NCBI GenBank assembly: GCA_963666275.2
Contig: CAXXOA010000003.1
Span: forward strand, 256,001 to 320,000
DNA length: 64,000 nucleotides
Source of the DNA: Oceanispirochaeta sp.
Lineage (GTDB): Bacteria > Spirochaetota > Spirochaetia > DSM-2461
Direction: 5' to 3'
Numbering within the stretch: the stretch's first letter is position 1; every line of letters starts with the position of its first letter. Positions 10,551 through 19,811 of this stretch are shown here, one piece after another. The translations under genes and the position numbers were made by a program. The notes under the pieces were generated by a model, which was not told the origin of the DNA, searched no databases, and saw only the letters and a list, made by a program, of their open reading frames with translations.

Positions 10551-10619
10551 TCGTATTAAAAGAATCTTTTTATTGCCGGCATGGGTGACCATGCTGGTCG
10601 TATTTTATAAGAGGTGTTT

Positions 10620-11087
10620 ATGAAACCTATGAGTTTCTGGAATTCTATCGTTGCCGTGTTTTTTACGGCAATCGGTGTCGTGATGATAGCTTTATCCCGG
10701 CAGTTTCCCATCGATTTCGGAGCAGGAGATCCGGGGTCCGGTTTCTGGCCAGTCGCTTTGGGAACTATTATGATTGCTCTGTCTGTGCTGTTGGTTATAC
10801 AGAGTCTGCTGTCTCCTACTGTGAAAAGTAAAATGGTCAACCTGGCATCTGAACCGCATTTTAAGGTTTATATGGTTATGGGGCTTTCTGTTTTATTCTG
10901 TGTTCTGGTTTATCTGGCGGGTTTCCTGGCGGCCGCTCTGATTTTTATTTATCTGGTAACCGGTGTTCTCGGCGATGCCGGTCATAAAGAGAGAATCCTG
11001 ACTGCTCTGATTATCGTGGCAGCTTTATATATCATATTTACTTTGGTTTTAAAGACGTCTCTGCCTTTGCCGATTTTTCTACGTTAG
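10620..11087 (+). CDS. tctB: TctB small membrane subunit
   Basis: 4-5 TM, PG..F.P motif, located between tctC and tctA. Confidence 0.85.
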   Translation: MKPMSFWNSIVAVFFTAIGVVMIALSRQFPIDFGAGDPGSGFWPVALGTIMIALSVLLVIQSLLSPTVKSKMVNLASEPHFKVYMVMGLSVLFCVLVYLAGFLAAALIFIYLVTGVLGDAGHKERILTALIIVAALYIIFTLVLKTSLPLPIFLR

Positions 11088-11105
11088 TTTCATAAGGGAT
11101 ATTGT

Positions 11106-12608
11106 ATGTTGAATTTAATCACTGCCATCGGTCATGTTTTTCAACCGTTAAATATAATTGTTCTCATATTCGGTACCGGAGTCGGGATCCTTATCGGGGC
11201 CCTGCCTGGTTTATCCGTAAATATGGGTATCGCTCTCCTTTTTCCTCTTACCTTTGCATTCAACGGTTTGGCGGGAATCCTTATGCTTATGGGGATTTAC
11301 TGCGGAGCCATATACGGGGGCTCTATTTCAGCCATCCTACTTAATACACCGGGAACGCCCGCTTCTGCCGCCACAACAATGGACGGCTATCCTCTTGCCA
11401 TAAAGCGGGGCGAACCGGGAAGAGCCCTGGGGCTTTCTACTTTGGGTTCTCTTTTCGGAGGAGTTTTCAGTGCCATAACCCTGATGCTGATTGCTCCTCA
11501 GCTGGCAAAAGTCGCCTTGAAGTTTTCCAAGCCGGAGTTTTTTGCCCTGGCTATTTTTGGAATCAGTATTATTACCAGTCTGTCATCCGGATCCGTTATT
11601 AAGGGAGTTCTGGGAGGCGTTCTGGGGCTGGCCATTTCCACAATAGGTATTGATGCCATGAGCGGCCAGATCCGTTTCACATTCGGAACGACTTATCTTC
11701 TGGGAGGAATCTCCTTTATTCCTATTCTCATCGGGCTTTTTGCCTTTTCCCAGGCCCTTTTGACATTGGAAGAATCTTTTGGAAAGGAGCAGACGAAACA
11801 GAAAGTGAAAATCACCCGATCTTTTCCAACCTGGCAGGATATTAAAAAGGTTCTGGTAACTCTCATCCGTTCTTCTTTCATTGGAACTTTTATCGGCTGT
11901 GTTCCAGGTACAGGTGGAGACATTTCCTCATTTATAGCGTATGACCAGGCCAAAAAATGGTCGAAGGACAAAGCGGAGTTCGGCAGCGGCGCTATAGAGG
12001 GAATCTGTGCACCCGAAGCCGGCAACAATGCCGTATCAGGCGGGGCTTTTATTCCCATGCTGACTTTAGGGATTCCCGGTGACGGAGCAACAGCCATTAT
12101 GCTGGGAGCTCTGATGGTGCAGGGGATTCAACCCGGGCCGCTTCTCTTTAAGGAACAGATCCCAACAGTATACAGTTTGTTTATCGGACTTTTAGTGGCG
12201 AACCTTGTAATGGGAATATTCGGATTTTCTCTTATCCGTCTGTTTGTCAAGGTGATCAATGTACCGAAGAAAATTCTGATTCCCTTGATTTTCAGTCTGA
12301 CCTTTGTGGGGGCTTATGCCTATAACAACTCTATGACAGATATCTATATCATGGTTGGTTTTGGGATTCTGGGATATTTTATGAATAAGTTCCAGTTTTC
12401 CATGTCGGCTATCATCATCGGAATCATTCTGGGAAAACTGGCGGAAGCCAACTTCCGGGGAGCCTTGATTATGAGTGACGGGCAGTTAAGTGTTTTTGTA
12501 ACAAATCCTATCTGTTTTGTTCTTCTGATTATCGCCTTTATCTCTCTTTTTACACCTCTGATAGCACCGCTTATTAATAAAAAGAATAAAGTCAAATCTG
12601 CTTCCTGA
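11106..12608 (+). CDS. tctA: TctA large membrane subunit
   Basis: GALPGL, YGGSISAILLN.PGTP, PEAGNNA, LTLGIPG. Confidence 0.93.
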   Translation: MLNLITAIGHVFQPLNIIVLIFGTGVGILIGALPGLSVNMGIALLFPLTFAFNGLAGILMLMGIYCGAIYGGSISAILLNTPGTPASAATTMDGYPLAIKRGEPGRALGLSTLGSLFGGVFSAITLMLIAPQLAKVALKFSKPEFFALAIFGISIITSLSSGSVIKGVLGGVLGLAISTIGIDAMSGQIRFTFGTTYLLGGISFIPILIGLFAFSQALLTLEESFGKEQTKQKVKITRSFPTWQDIKKVLVTLIRSSFIGTFIGCVPGTGGDISSFIAYDQAKKWSKDKAEFGSGAIEGICAPEAGNNAVSGGAFIPMLTLGIPGDGATAIMLGALMVQGIQPGPLLFKEQIPTVYSLFIGLLVANLVMGIFGFSLIRLFVKVINVPKKILIPLIFSLTFVGAYAYNNSMTDIYIMVGFGILGYFMNKFQFSMSAIIIGIILGKLAEANFRGALIMSDGQLSVFVTNPICFVLLIIAFISLFTPLIAPLINKKNKVKSAS

Positions 12609-12635
12609 TTGAAATTTTTTAGAAACACGCTTTTT

Positions 12636-12664
12636 CTCCGGGGGATTTCCTCCGGAGTTTTTTT
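12636..12664 (+). terminator. Intrinsic terminator after tctA
   Basis: ctccggggg/cctccggag stem plus T7. Confidence 0.7.
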
Positions 12665-12877
12665 ATAAAATGTGGTGTTCTGTATAAAGTAACCTTTCCT
12701 GTTTGAATGGCGGTCATCTGTGCTTATAGAACACAGTCAATGTGTCCTACATTGTTTACCAATCGTATATTTTGTCTTTCCAATGATGTTGAATGGATTT
12801 TTATTGGATACGGGGGTCTGAGACTGTAGAATAATGAATGATCCTACCACCGGGCTGTCCTATTCTGGCGAAATCCC

Positions 12878-13429
12878 TTATCCCGCCGGTTGGTACCTGA
12901 GGACGGCTATTCCGCAATCAAAAGACCTGGATTCCACCAGTGTCAGGTCAAGCCTGGCGTTCAGGTCTCCGAATATGGGCAGTCCCTTTCCGATGGCACT
13001 GGGGTTAATGAAAAGAAAGAACTCATCTATCAGGCCGTTCCTGATTAATCCGGAGACAAACGCGGCTCCGCCGTAGGCAATCATGTCTTTTCCGGATTGG
13101 GATTTGAGTCCCTGTATTTCTTCCACCAGATCCCCTTTCGCCAGGGTGGTATTTTCCCACTGCGATGTTTCAAGGGTTTTTGTGAATACAACTTTCTTTG
13201 TGTTTATGAAGGTCTCAGCGCCTTCTTCTTCGGGGTGGGAGGTCCAATAGGGTATGAATCCTTCTGCTAGTTTTCTTCCAAGGACTATACAATCAACATT
13301 TTCAGTGATCTGCTCCACGTATTTTTTGAGTTCCTTGTCCCAGTCAAAGTTAACCCAATCCATTTCGCCTTCAGGTCCGGCAATATACCCGTTTACTGTC
13401 ATTTGAACCTGGAGTTTCAGTTTTCTCAT
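12878..13429 (-). CDS. Dihydrofolate reductase-like protein (RibD C-terminal domain)
   Basis: MT.NGYIAGP.G..DW, LGRK, YGGA, GLIDE....NP...G.G.PIF; AAGGAG RBS. Confidence 0.88.
   Translation of the reverse strand: MRKLKLQVQMTVNGYIAGPEGEMDWVNFDWDKELKKYVEQITENVDCIVLGRKLAEGFIPYWTSHPEEEGAETFINTKKVVFTKTLETSQWENTTLAKGDLVEEIQGLKSQSGKDMIAYGGAAFVSGLIRNGLIDEFFLFINPSAIGKGLPIFGDLNARLDLTLVESRSFDCGIAVLRYQPAG
12889..13182. repeat. 294-bp direct repeat, copy 2
   Basis: Matches 7142-7435. Confidence 0.95.
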
Positions 13430-13610
13430 GGTTTCTCCTTTTTTATCTGGTTTGAAAGATGAAGAGGGGATTTTGTGATGCTGCTTTTATTTTAGTATAG
13501 TGGGAGCTTTGGTGCTTGTAGGAAGTTGTTTTTGTCTACAAGTGGCCGAAATGTGGGGTGAGGTCAGTCTTCAGGAATAGAATGGTAATTTCTGCCCGTA
13601 CCTTTTGTTC

Positions 13611-13703
13611 TTTTAACACCGATTTCTGCTGTTTGCCGAAAGCTGGCGTGGTCGTTGCAAATGCAAGGACCATGACAGTAGGCAAATCAGTAGCAAATTT
13701 TTG
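13611..13703 (-). repeat. attC-4 (99 bp when rejoined with 15902-15907; split by intron 1)
   Basis: Top strand ATATAAC-AAAAATTT(G)CTACTG(A)TTTGCC...GGCAAACAGCAGAAAT-CGGT-GTTAAAA. Confidence 0.85.
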
Positions 13704-15901
13704 GTACGCCTGACATGGCAATAAACTTATGAGGTGAAAGTCCTCTACAGCTACCCACGTATAGTAAACATGCTATACCAACTGTTAGCCGACGGCAAGG
13801 GCAATTCCGTGAGGAATTGTCTGGAGGAAGCCTGAGTGCAAAACCGGGAGCCCATGTACAAGAATGTGATATGGAATGCGAGTCACGCAGCATTCCACCC
13901 CCCAGTTCTGGAGGCTGGTCGCAAACAAGTTTGCTGCTCGCCCATGCAGCCTAGGGTGAGTCAGCCAATGATGACGATGCCCCGTGGGTGAGGGATAGGG
14001 TAAATCACAGGGTTGTCCGGCCCTGGTCGTAAACTTCGTTTACTGCTCGGGTATGCATCCGAGGAAAGTTTATTGTCTTATTCGGGAACCGAAAGCCGTT
14101 TCGGCTGGAGGTTGTTATTCAAGCGGCATGGCCGCAACCTTAACGAACACAGATCGAAGCAGCTTGCTGCGTAGAACTTTATTCGGGGAGATCTGTCTGC
14201 AAGGCGGTAACGGCGGTTTGACCGTGAGAATCCGGAGGATACCGGGGTAACAAATCCAGGCCTATCAGGGGATGACACTCTGATAAGGAGCCGTTTATAC
14301 GGAACACAAAGAAGTCGTCACAGCGATTCAAACCGGATGATACAGCGTCAGCAGGAGTAATTCTACTGATAAGCAGACAGAAGTCAGCAGAAGGCATAGT
14401 AGCCAACGCCCGGAGTAATGTCCGGTTCATGGTGAAGGTCTGAACATTTCACAAGGAGGAGCCTTATGGTTCTCAAAGGAACAATTTCAGTTTATGCCGG
14501 AATCACTTTTGGCGGACCATGGAGAAACCAGCCTTGAACGAATCTATGATGGATTTGATTTTATCCTCTGAAAATATGCACAAAGCCTGGAAACAGGTCA
14601 AACGCAATGGAGGTAGCCCTGGAATCGACGGTATCACTGTCGAGAAGTTTCCAGGATATCTGAAAACCAGATGGCCTAGAATCAAACGAGCTTTGCTCAA
14701 CGGGTACTATGTACCTTCTCCGGTGCTGAGGGTAGAAATCCCGAAGAAATCCGGAGGAAAACGGATGCTGGGAATCCCGACAGTTCTAGACAGGGTTATC
14801 CAGCAGGCTATTTCACAGGTTCTGAATCCCATATTTGATCCGGATTTCTCGGAGCATAGCTATGGATTCAGACCGGGAAGATCGGCTCACGGAGCAGTGA
14901 AACAGGTAAATCAACATGTCAAATCCGGGTATAGATACGCCGTGGATCTGGACTTGGAAAAGTTCTTTGATACAGTTAATCATGATATCCTGATGCATTT
15001 TGTGGCTGTAAAAGTCTGGGACAAATCTGTCCTCAGACTCATCGGCCGTTACCTGAGAGCCGGTATTCAGTTGGACAATGGAAAAGTGATTCCTACAGAC
15101 ATCGGCACACCCCAAGGCGGGCCCTTATCACCTCTGCTTTCCAATATCCTCCTTGATCGGTTGGATATGGAACTGGAGAGAAGAAATGTGAGGTTCGCAC
15201 GGTATGCAGATGACACTATCCTTTTAACGAAGAGATTGTGTGATGCTAGGAAGATCCTACAGGAAGTTTCAATATTTCTGGTAAGGAAATTGAAATTGGT
15301 AGTGAATCAGGAGAAAACGAAAGTTGCAAAGATAAGGGAGTGCAGTTTCCTGGGATTCACATTCAAGGGTAAGAAGATTCGCTGGACAGAGTCGTCCTTT
15401 GAGGATTTTCGGTATCATCTGAAATATCTGACAAGGCGTTCCTGGGGTGTTTCCATGGAATACAGAATCGGGAAACTCAATGAGTATATCCGGGGCTGGA
15501 TGAACTACTATGGGATCTCCCAATATTACAGCCCTTTACAGAACCTTGATGACTGGCTCCGTAGGAGGATTCGCATGTGTTACTGGAAACAGTGGCGATA
15601 TCCCAGAACGAAAGTCAGGAAACTGATGGAACTGGGGATTCCGAAAGATTTTGCCATTATCACCGGTGCCAGTAGTAAATCCTATTGGCATCTCTCCAAG
15701 TCTTACGCTACCAATGCAGCTATGTCCAATAAATGGCTGGAAGAGCAGGGATTGGTCAATATCAAATATCTGTGGTGTAAAGCCCAGGGATATATCTGAT
15801 CAAATCAGGATTTCGTTTGCTCCATGGAGTGAACCGCCCCGTGCGGACCCGCATGCGGGGTGGTGTGGGGGCTGGAGGTTAAAAGCCTCCGGCTACCCGA
15901 T
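13704..15901 (+). mobile_element. Group II intron, class C (IIC-attC type), copy 1, 2198 nt
   Basis: 5' GTACGCCTGACATGG; DV GAACCGCCCCGTGCGGACCCGCATGCGGGGTGGTGTG with CGC triad; 3' end CTACCCGAT; removal restores TTG|TTATAT of attC R''. Confidence 0.92.
14519..15799 (+). CDS. ltrA: Group II intron reverse transcriptase/maturase, no endonuclease domain
   Basis: PGIDG, R.LGIPT..DR..Q.A, SYGFRPGRS, DLEKFFD, GTPQGGPLSPLLSN, RYADD, FLGF, GW.NYY. Confidence 0.95.
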   Translation: MEKPALNESMMDLILSSENMHKAWKQVKRNGGSPGIDGITVEKFPGYLKTRWPRIKRALLNGYYVPSPVLRVEIPKKSGGKRMLGIPTVLDRVIQQAISQVLNPIFDPDFSEHSYGFRPGRSAHGAVKQVNQHVKSGYRYAVDLDLEKFFDTVNHDILMHFVAVKVWDKSVLRLIGRYLRAGIQLDNGKVIPTDIGTPQGGPLSPLLSNILLDRLDMELERRNVRFARYADDTILLTKRLCDARKILQEVSIFLVRKLKLVVNQEKTKVAKIRECSFLGFTFKGKKIRWTESSFEDFRYHLKYLTRRSWGVSMEYRIGKLNEYIRGWMNYYGISQYYSPLQNLDDWLRRRIRMCYWKQWRYPRTKVRKLMELGIPKDFAIITGASSKSYWHLSKSYATNAAMSNKWLEEQGLVNIKYLWCKAQGYI

Positions 15902-15915
15902 TTATATAGCAATTA

Positions 15916-16725
15916 TTAGCTCATACCTTTAATATTTACAGAACATTCATCTACTGTTTTTATTTCTTCAAACAAATCAATGTTTGTAAATTTTAACGAA
16001 GCCTTTGATTCGCCCAATACAATTGGTTCACAAATTGAATATAATTCAAAATCTTTACCAATTGTTATACCAAGCTGCAAACCTCCACCTATACTTGAAT
16101 ATGTACCTTCTTCAACAATTTTTGAAATTACATGATAGGGAGCTCTACTTGATAAAATTGGATGGCTAGATTCCTTTTTAAATTTCTGAATTCTTTGTTT
16201 TATATCATCTTTATGAGCACCAAGGAGAATAAAATCATTTTCACATTTCTTAGTCACATCTTCAGATAATTCTCTATTGTCTTTTCCTATTTGTGTTCTA
16301 TAGATTTTATAATCATTGTTCTTTTTGCAGTAACCAAATGAAGAGAACTCAACAGGATAGTTATTAACTATTGGTGTCGTATATTGCTTAACAATTCTAG
16401 TAACAAGATTGTGGATTTCTTCAATGCATGGTACCTTTTTATTTACTGAAATTAAACTTGTAAGGATTTTGTTTAAATTTGTTGTAACAATGAGAGCAAC
16501 TAAAGCTGATCCAGCAAATGCTATTCCAATTTTTTGGTCCCAGTATATCCGATTAAATAATCCGGAATTATCTGATTCCTTACAAATGACCTGTAATTCA
16601 TAAATTTTTGGCCCAAAATCTGTTAGAATCCTATTTGATTCTTGGCCTGATGAATATCTGGTATCAGAAACAGCCCAAAGTGATCTAGATTCATAATTAT
16701 TTATCCATAGTGCAATAGTCGACAT
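15916..16725 (-). CDS. Cassette ORF: proteasome-beta/HslV-like Ntn-hydrolase-fold protein (putative)
   Basis: N-terminal S-T, SDTRYS, PKI, IGIAFAG and SIGG.LQ in beta-subunit order; GAGG RBS; AT-rich. Confidence 0.6.
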   Translation of the reverse strand: MSTIALWINNYESRSLWAVSDTRYSSGQESNRILTDFGPKIYELQVICKESDNSGLFNRIYWDQKIGIAFAGSALVALIVTTNLNKILTSLISVNKKVPCIEEIHNLVTRIVKQYTTPIVNNYPVEFSSFGYCKKNNDYKIYRTQIGKDNRELSEDVTKKCENDFILLGAHKDDIKQRIQKFKKESSHPILSSRAPYHVISKIVEEGTYSSIGGGLQLGITIGKDFELYSICEPIVLGESKASLKFTNIDLFEEIKTVDECSVNIKGMS

Positions 16726-16796
16726 ATTTTAAACCTCAAAAAAAATTATTCATGCCTAAGTTTGTATCTTTCAAGATTGATGATTTTTAAAAGAAT

Positions 16797-17516
16797 CTAT
16801 ATTTCAGAATATTTTCTTCTAATGCTATGTAAGACTTCAAATCCAATTTGCCTCATAGCTGGAAGATGAGGTTTTGAGTCTATATCTGAGAATACAAGTG
16901 TTTCTGGTTTTGTAATATCTCCTTTGTATGTTCGGATTCCAGTTTTATTTGTCTTTGATAACTCATAGTATTTTTCATCTTGTTTAGGATCGACATGAGC
17001 ACCACCATCAGTATCAGCCATATGAAGAACTAGTTCTTCTCTTGTGTATGTTATTGTATCAGAATCTACTAAAATTACTTGATTCCACCAATTTTTAAAT
17101 TCGATAAAATTCCAAGGCCTACTTTCTTTAAAATTTTCTAATGCTGGTTCAAATTTAAAGGTCAATGATTCAGGATTTTTGCTAATTTTTTGCATTGTTA
17201 GTGGAGATGAAAACATTTTTACTCCTGTCTCAACAATAGGTATAGCAGTATTAAGCATCATTAGATTGGAGTCAATTATTGATAATAAAGACTTACTATT
17301 TTTTGTATCATGAAATAAGATTCTAAGTGTTAGAGCTATTCTTTTTGATTCTATAAGATTCCCCTGATCAAATGAATTGCATGATGTATCTAAAAATGTA
17401 ATTTGCTCTTTTAAGGAATCTAGCAGATCTTTTGAGGTTAAGGGTCTTTTTCCCAAGCAACATCTTTTATATTTAATTCCGCTACCACATGAACATGAAT
17501 CATTTCTACTAGTCAT
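16797..17516 (-). CDS. Cassette ORF: SEC-C motif protein with an unassigned C-terminal domain (DGGAHVD)
   Basis: RNDSCSCGSGIKYKRCC = SEC-C; WWNQ...TREELV..MADTDGGAHVDP; AAGG RBS. Confidence 0.75.
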   Translation of the reverse strand: MTSRNDSCSCGSGIKYKRCCLGKRPLTSKDLLDSLKEQITFLDTSCNSFDQGNLIESKRIALTLRILFHDTKNSKSLLSIIDSNLMMLNTAIPIVETGVKMFSSPLTMQKISKNPESLTFKFEPALENFKESRPWNFIEFKNWWNQVILVDSDTITYTREELVLHMADTDGGAHVDPKQDEKYYELSKTNKTGIRTYKGDITKPETLVFSDIDSKPHLPAMRQIGFEVLHSIRRKYSEI

Positions 17517-17584
17517 AATAAAACACCTTTATTATTAATAATTTAAAATAAGCTTGCAATGTAGTCGGACCCTACCCTTTTGCT

Positions 17585-17679
17585 ATATAACATTCTTTTA
17601 TGCTGCTGCTCGTTAAGTTGGCGTGGTCATTGCGCATTGCAATGAGCATGACAATAGAGCAGACAGTATCAAAAGCTTG
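17585..17679 (-). repeat. attC-3 (101 bp when rejoined with 19812-19817; split by intron 2)
   Basis: Top strand ATATAAC-AAGCTTTT(G)ATACTG(T)CTGCTC...GAGCAGCAGCATAAAAG-AAT-GTTATAT; the cassette gene's TAA lies within R''. Confidence 0.88.
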
Positions 17680-19811
17680 GTACGCCTGACATGGCAATAA
17701 ACTTATGAGGTGAAAGTCCTCTACAGCTACCCACGTATAGTAAACATGCTATACCAACTGTTAGCCGACGGCAAGGGCAATTCCGTGAGGAATTGTCTGG
17801 AGGAAGCCTGAGTGCAAAACCGGGAGCCCATGCACAAGAATGTGATAGAAGGCCCAGTTCCGGAGGCGAGTCAGCCAATGATGACGATGCCCCGTGGGTG
17901 AGGGATAGGGTAAATCACAGGGTTGTCCGACCCTGGTCGTAAACTTCGTTTACTGCTCGGGTATGCATCCGAGGAAAGTTTATTGTCTTATTCGGGAACC
18001 GAAAGCCGTTTCGGCTGGAGGTTTTTATTCAAGCGGCATGGCCGTAACCTTAACGAACACAGATCGAAGCAGCTTGCTGCGTAGATCTTTATTCGGGGAG
18101 ATCTGTCTGCAAGGCGGTAACGGCGGTTTGACCGTGAGAATCCGGAGGATACCGGGGTAACAAATCCAGGCCTATCAGGGGATGACACTCTGATAAGGAG
18201 CCGTTTATACGGAACACAAAGAAGTCGTCACAGCGATTCAAACCGGATGATACAGCGTCAGCAGGAGTAATTCTACTGATAAGCAGACAGAAGTCAGCAG
18301 AAGGCATAGTAGCCAACGCCCGGAGTAATGTCCGGTTCATGGTGAAGGTCTGAACATTTCACAAGGAGGAGCCTTATGGTTCTCAAAGGAACAATTTCAG
18401 TTTATGCCGGAATCACTTTTGGCGGACCATGGAGAAACCAGCCTTGAACGAATCTATGATGGATTTGATTTTATCCTCTGAAAATATGCACAAAGCCTGG
18501 AAACAGGTCAAACGCAATGGAGGTAGCCCTGGAATCGACGGTATCACTGTCGAGAAGTTTCCAGGATATCTGAAAACCAGATGGCCTAGAATCAAACGAG
18601 CTTTGCTCAACGGGTACTATGTACCTTCTCCGGTGCTGAGGGTAGAAATCCCGAAGAAATCCGGAGGAAAACGGATGCTGGGAATCCCGACAGTTCTAGA
18701 CAGGGTTATCCAGCAGGCTATTTCACAGGTTCTGAATCCCATATTTGATCCGGATTTCTCGGAGCATAGCTATGGATTCAGACCGGGAAGATCGGCTCAC
18801 GGAGCAGTGAAACAGGTAAATCAACATGTCAAATCCGGGTATAGATACGCCGTGGATCTGGACTTGGAAAAGTTCTTTGATACAGTTAATCATGATATCC
18901 TGATGCATTTTGTGGCTGTAAAAGTCTGGGACAAATCTGTCCTCAGACTCATCGGCCGTTACCTGAGAGCCGGTATTCAGTTGGACAATGGAAAAGTGAT
19001 TCCTACAGACATCGGCACACCCCAAGGCGGGCCCTTATCACCTCTGCTTTCCAATATCCTCCTTGATCGGTTGGATATGGAACTGGAGAGAAGAAATGTG
19101 AGGTTCGCACGGTATGCAGATGACACTATCCTTTTAACGAAGAGATTGTGTGATGCTAGGAAGATCCTACAGGAAGTTTCAATATTTCTGGTAAGGAAAT
19201 TGAAATTGGTAGTGAATCAGGAGAAAACGAAAGTTGCAAAGATAAGGGAGTGCAGTTTCCTGGGATTCACATTCAAGGGTAAGAAGATTCGCTGGACAGA
19301 GTCGTCCTTTGAGGATTTTCGGTATCATCTGAAATATCTGACAAGGCGTTCCTGGGGTGTTTCCATGGAATACAGAATCGGGAAACTCAATGAGTATATC
19401 CGGGGCTGGATGAACTACTATGGGATCTCCCAATATTACAGCCCTTTACAGAACCTTGATGACTGGCTCCGTAGGAGGATTCGCATGTGTTACTGGAAAC
19501 AGTGGCGATATCCCAGAACGAAAGTCAGGAAACTGATGGAACTGGGGATTCCGAAAGATTTTGCCATTATCACCGGTGCCAGTAGTAAATCCTATTGGCA
19601 TCTCTCCAAGTCTTACGCTACCAATGCAGCTATGTCCAATAAATGGCTGGAAGAGCAGGGATTGGTCAATATCAAATATCTGTGGTGTAAAGCCCAGGGA
19701 TATATCTGATCAAATCAGGATTTCGTTTGCTCCATGGAGTGAACCGCCCCGTGCGGACCCGCATGCGGGGTGGTGTGGGGGCTGGAGGTTAAAAGCCTCC
19801 GGCTACCCGAT
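17680..19811 (+). mobile_element. Group II intron, class C (IIC-attC type), copy 2, 2132 nt
   Basis: Same boundaries and DV/DVI as copy 1; 66 nt shorter in domain I. Confidence 0.92.
18429..19709 (+). CDS. ltrA: Group II intron reverse transcriptase/maturase (protein identical to copy 1)
   Basis: Same 426-aa translation with RYADD. Confidence 0.95.
   Translation: MEKPALNESMMDLILSSENMHKAWKQVKRNGGSPGIDGITVEKFPGYLKTRWPRIKRALLNGYYVPSPVLRVEIPKKSGGKRMLGIPTVLDRVIQQAISQVLNPIFDPDFSEHSYGFRPGRSAHGAVKQVNQHVKSGYRYAVDLDLEKFFDTVNHDILMHFVAVKVWDKSVLRLIGRYLRAGIQLDNGKVIPTDIGTPQGGPLSPLLSNILLDRLDMELERRNVRFARYADDTILLTKRLCDARKILQEVSIFLVRKLKLVVNQEKTKVAKIRECSFLGFTFKGKKIRWTESSFEDFRYHLKYLTRRSWGVSMEYRIGKLNEYIRGWMNYYGISQYYSPLQNLDDWLRRRIRMCYWKQWRYPRTKVRKLMELGIPKDFAIITGASSKSYWHLSKSYATNAAMSNKWLEEQGLVNIKYLWCKAQGYI

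Noticed and set aside
12878..13616. DHFR-like gene as a fifth cassette
   Set aside because: No attC after either copy of its 3' end; composition is more host-like and its GTTAAAA box has no complementary R''.
13536..14430. Short ORFs within the intron 5' regions (also 17669-18340)
   Set aside because: They overlap ribozyme domains I-III and recur only because the intron is duplicated.
16726..16796. Additional attC between the two cassette-4 genes (GCCTAAG resembles an R box)
   Set aside because: No partner box or inverted-repeat arms in the 71-bp gap.
14519..19709. RTs as retron, DGR or defence RTs
   Set aside because: Both are enclosed by group II intron boundaries with DV/DVI and have a maturase-type C-terminus; no VTG retron motif and no TR/VR pair seen.
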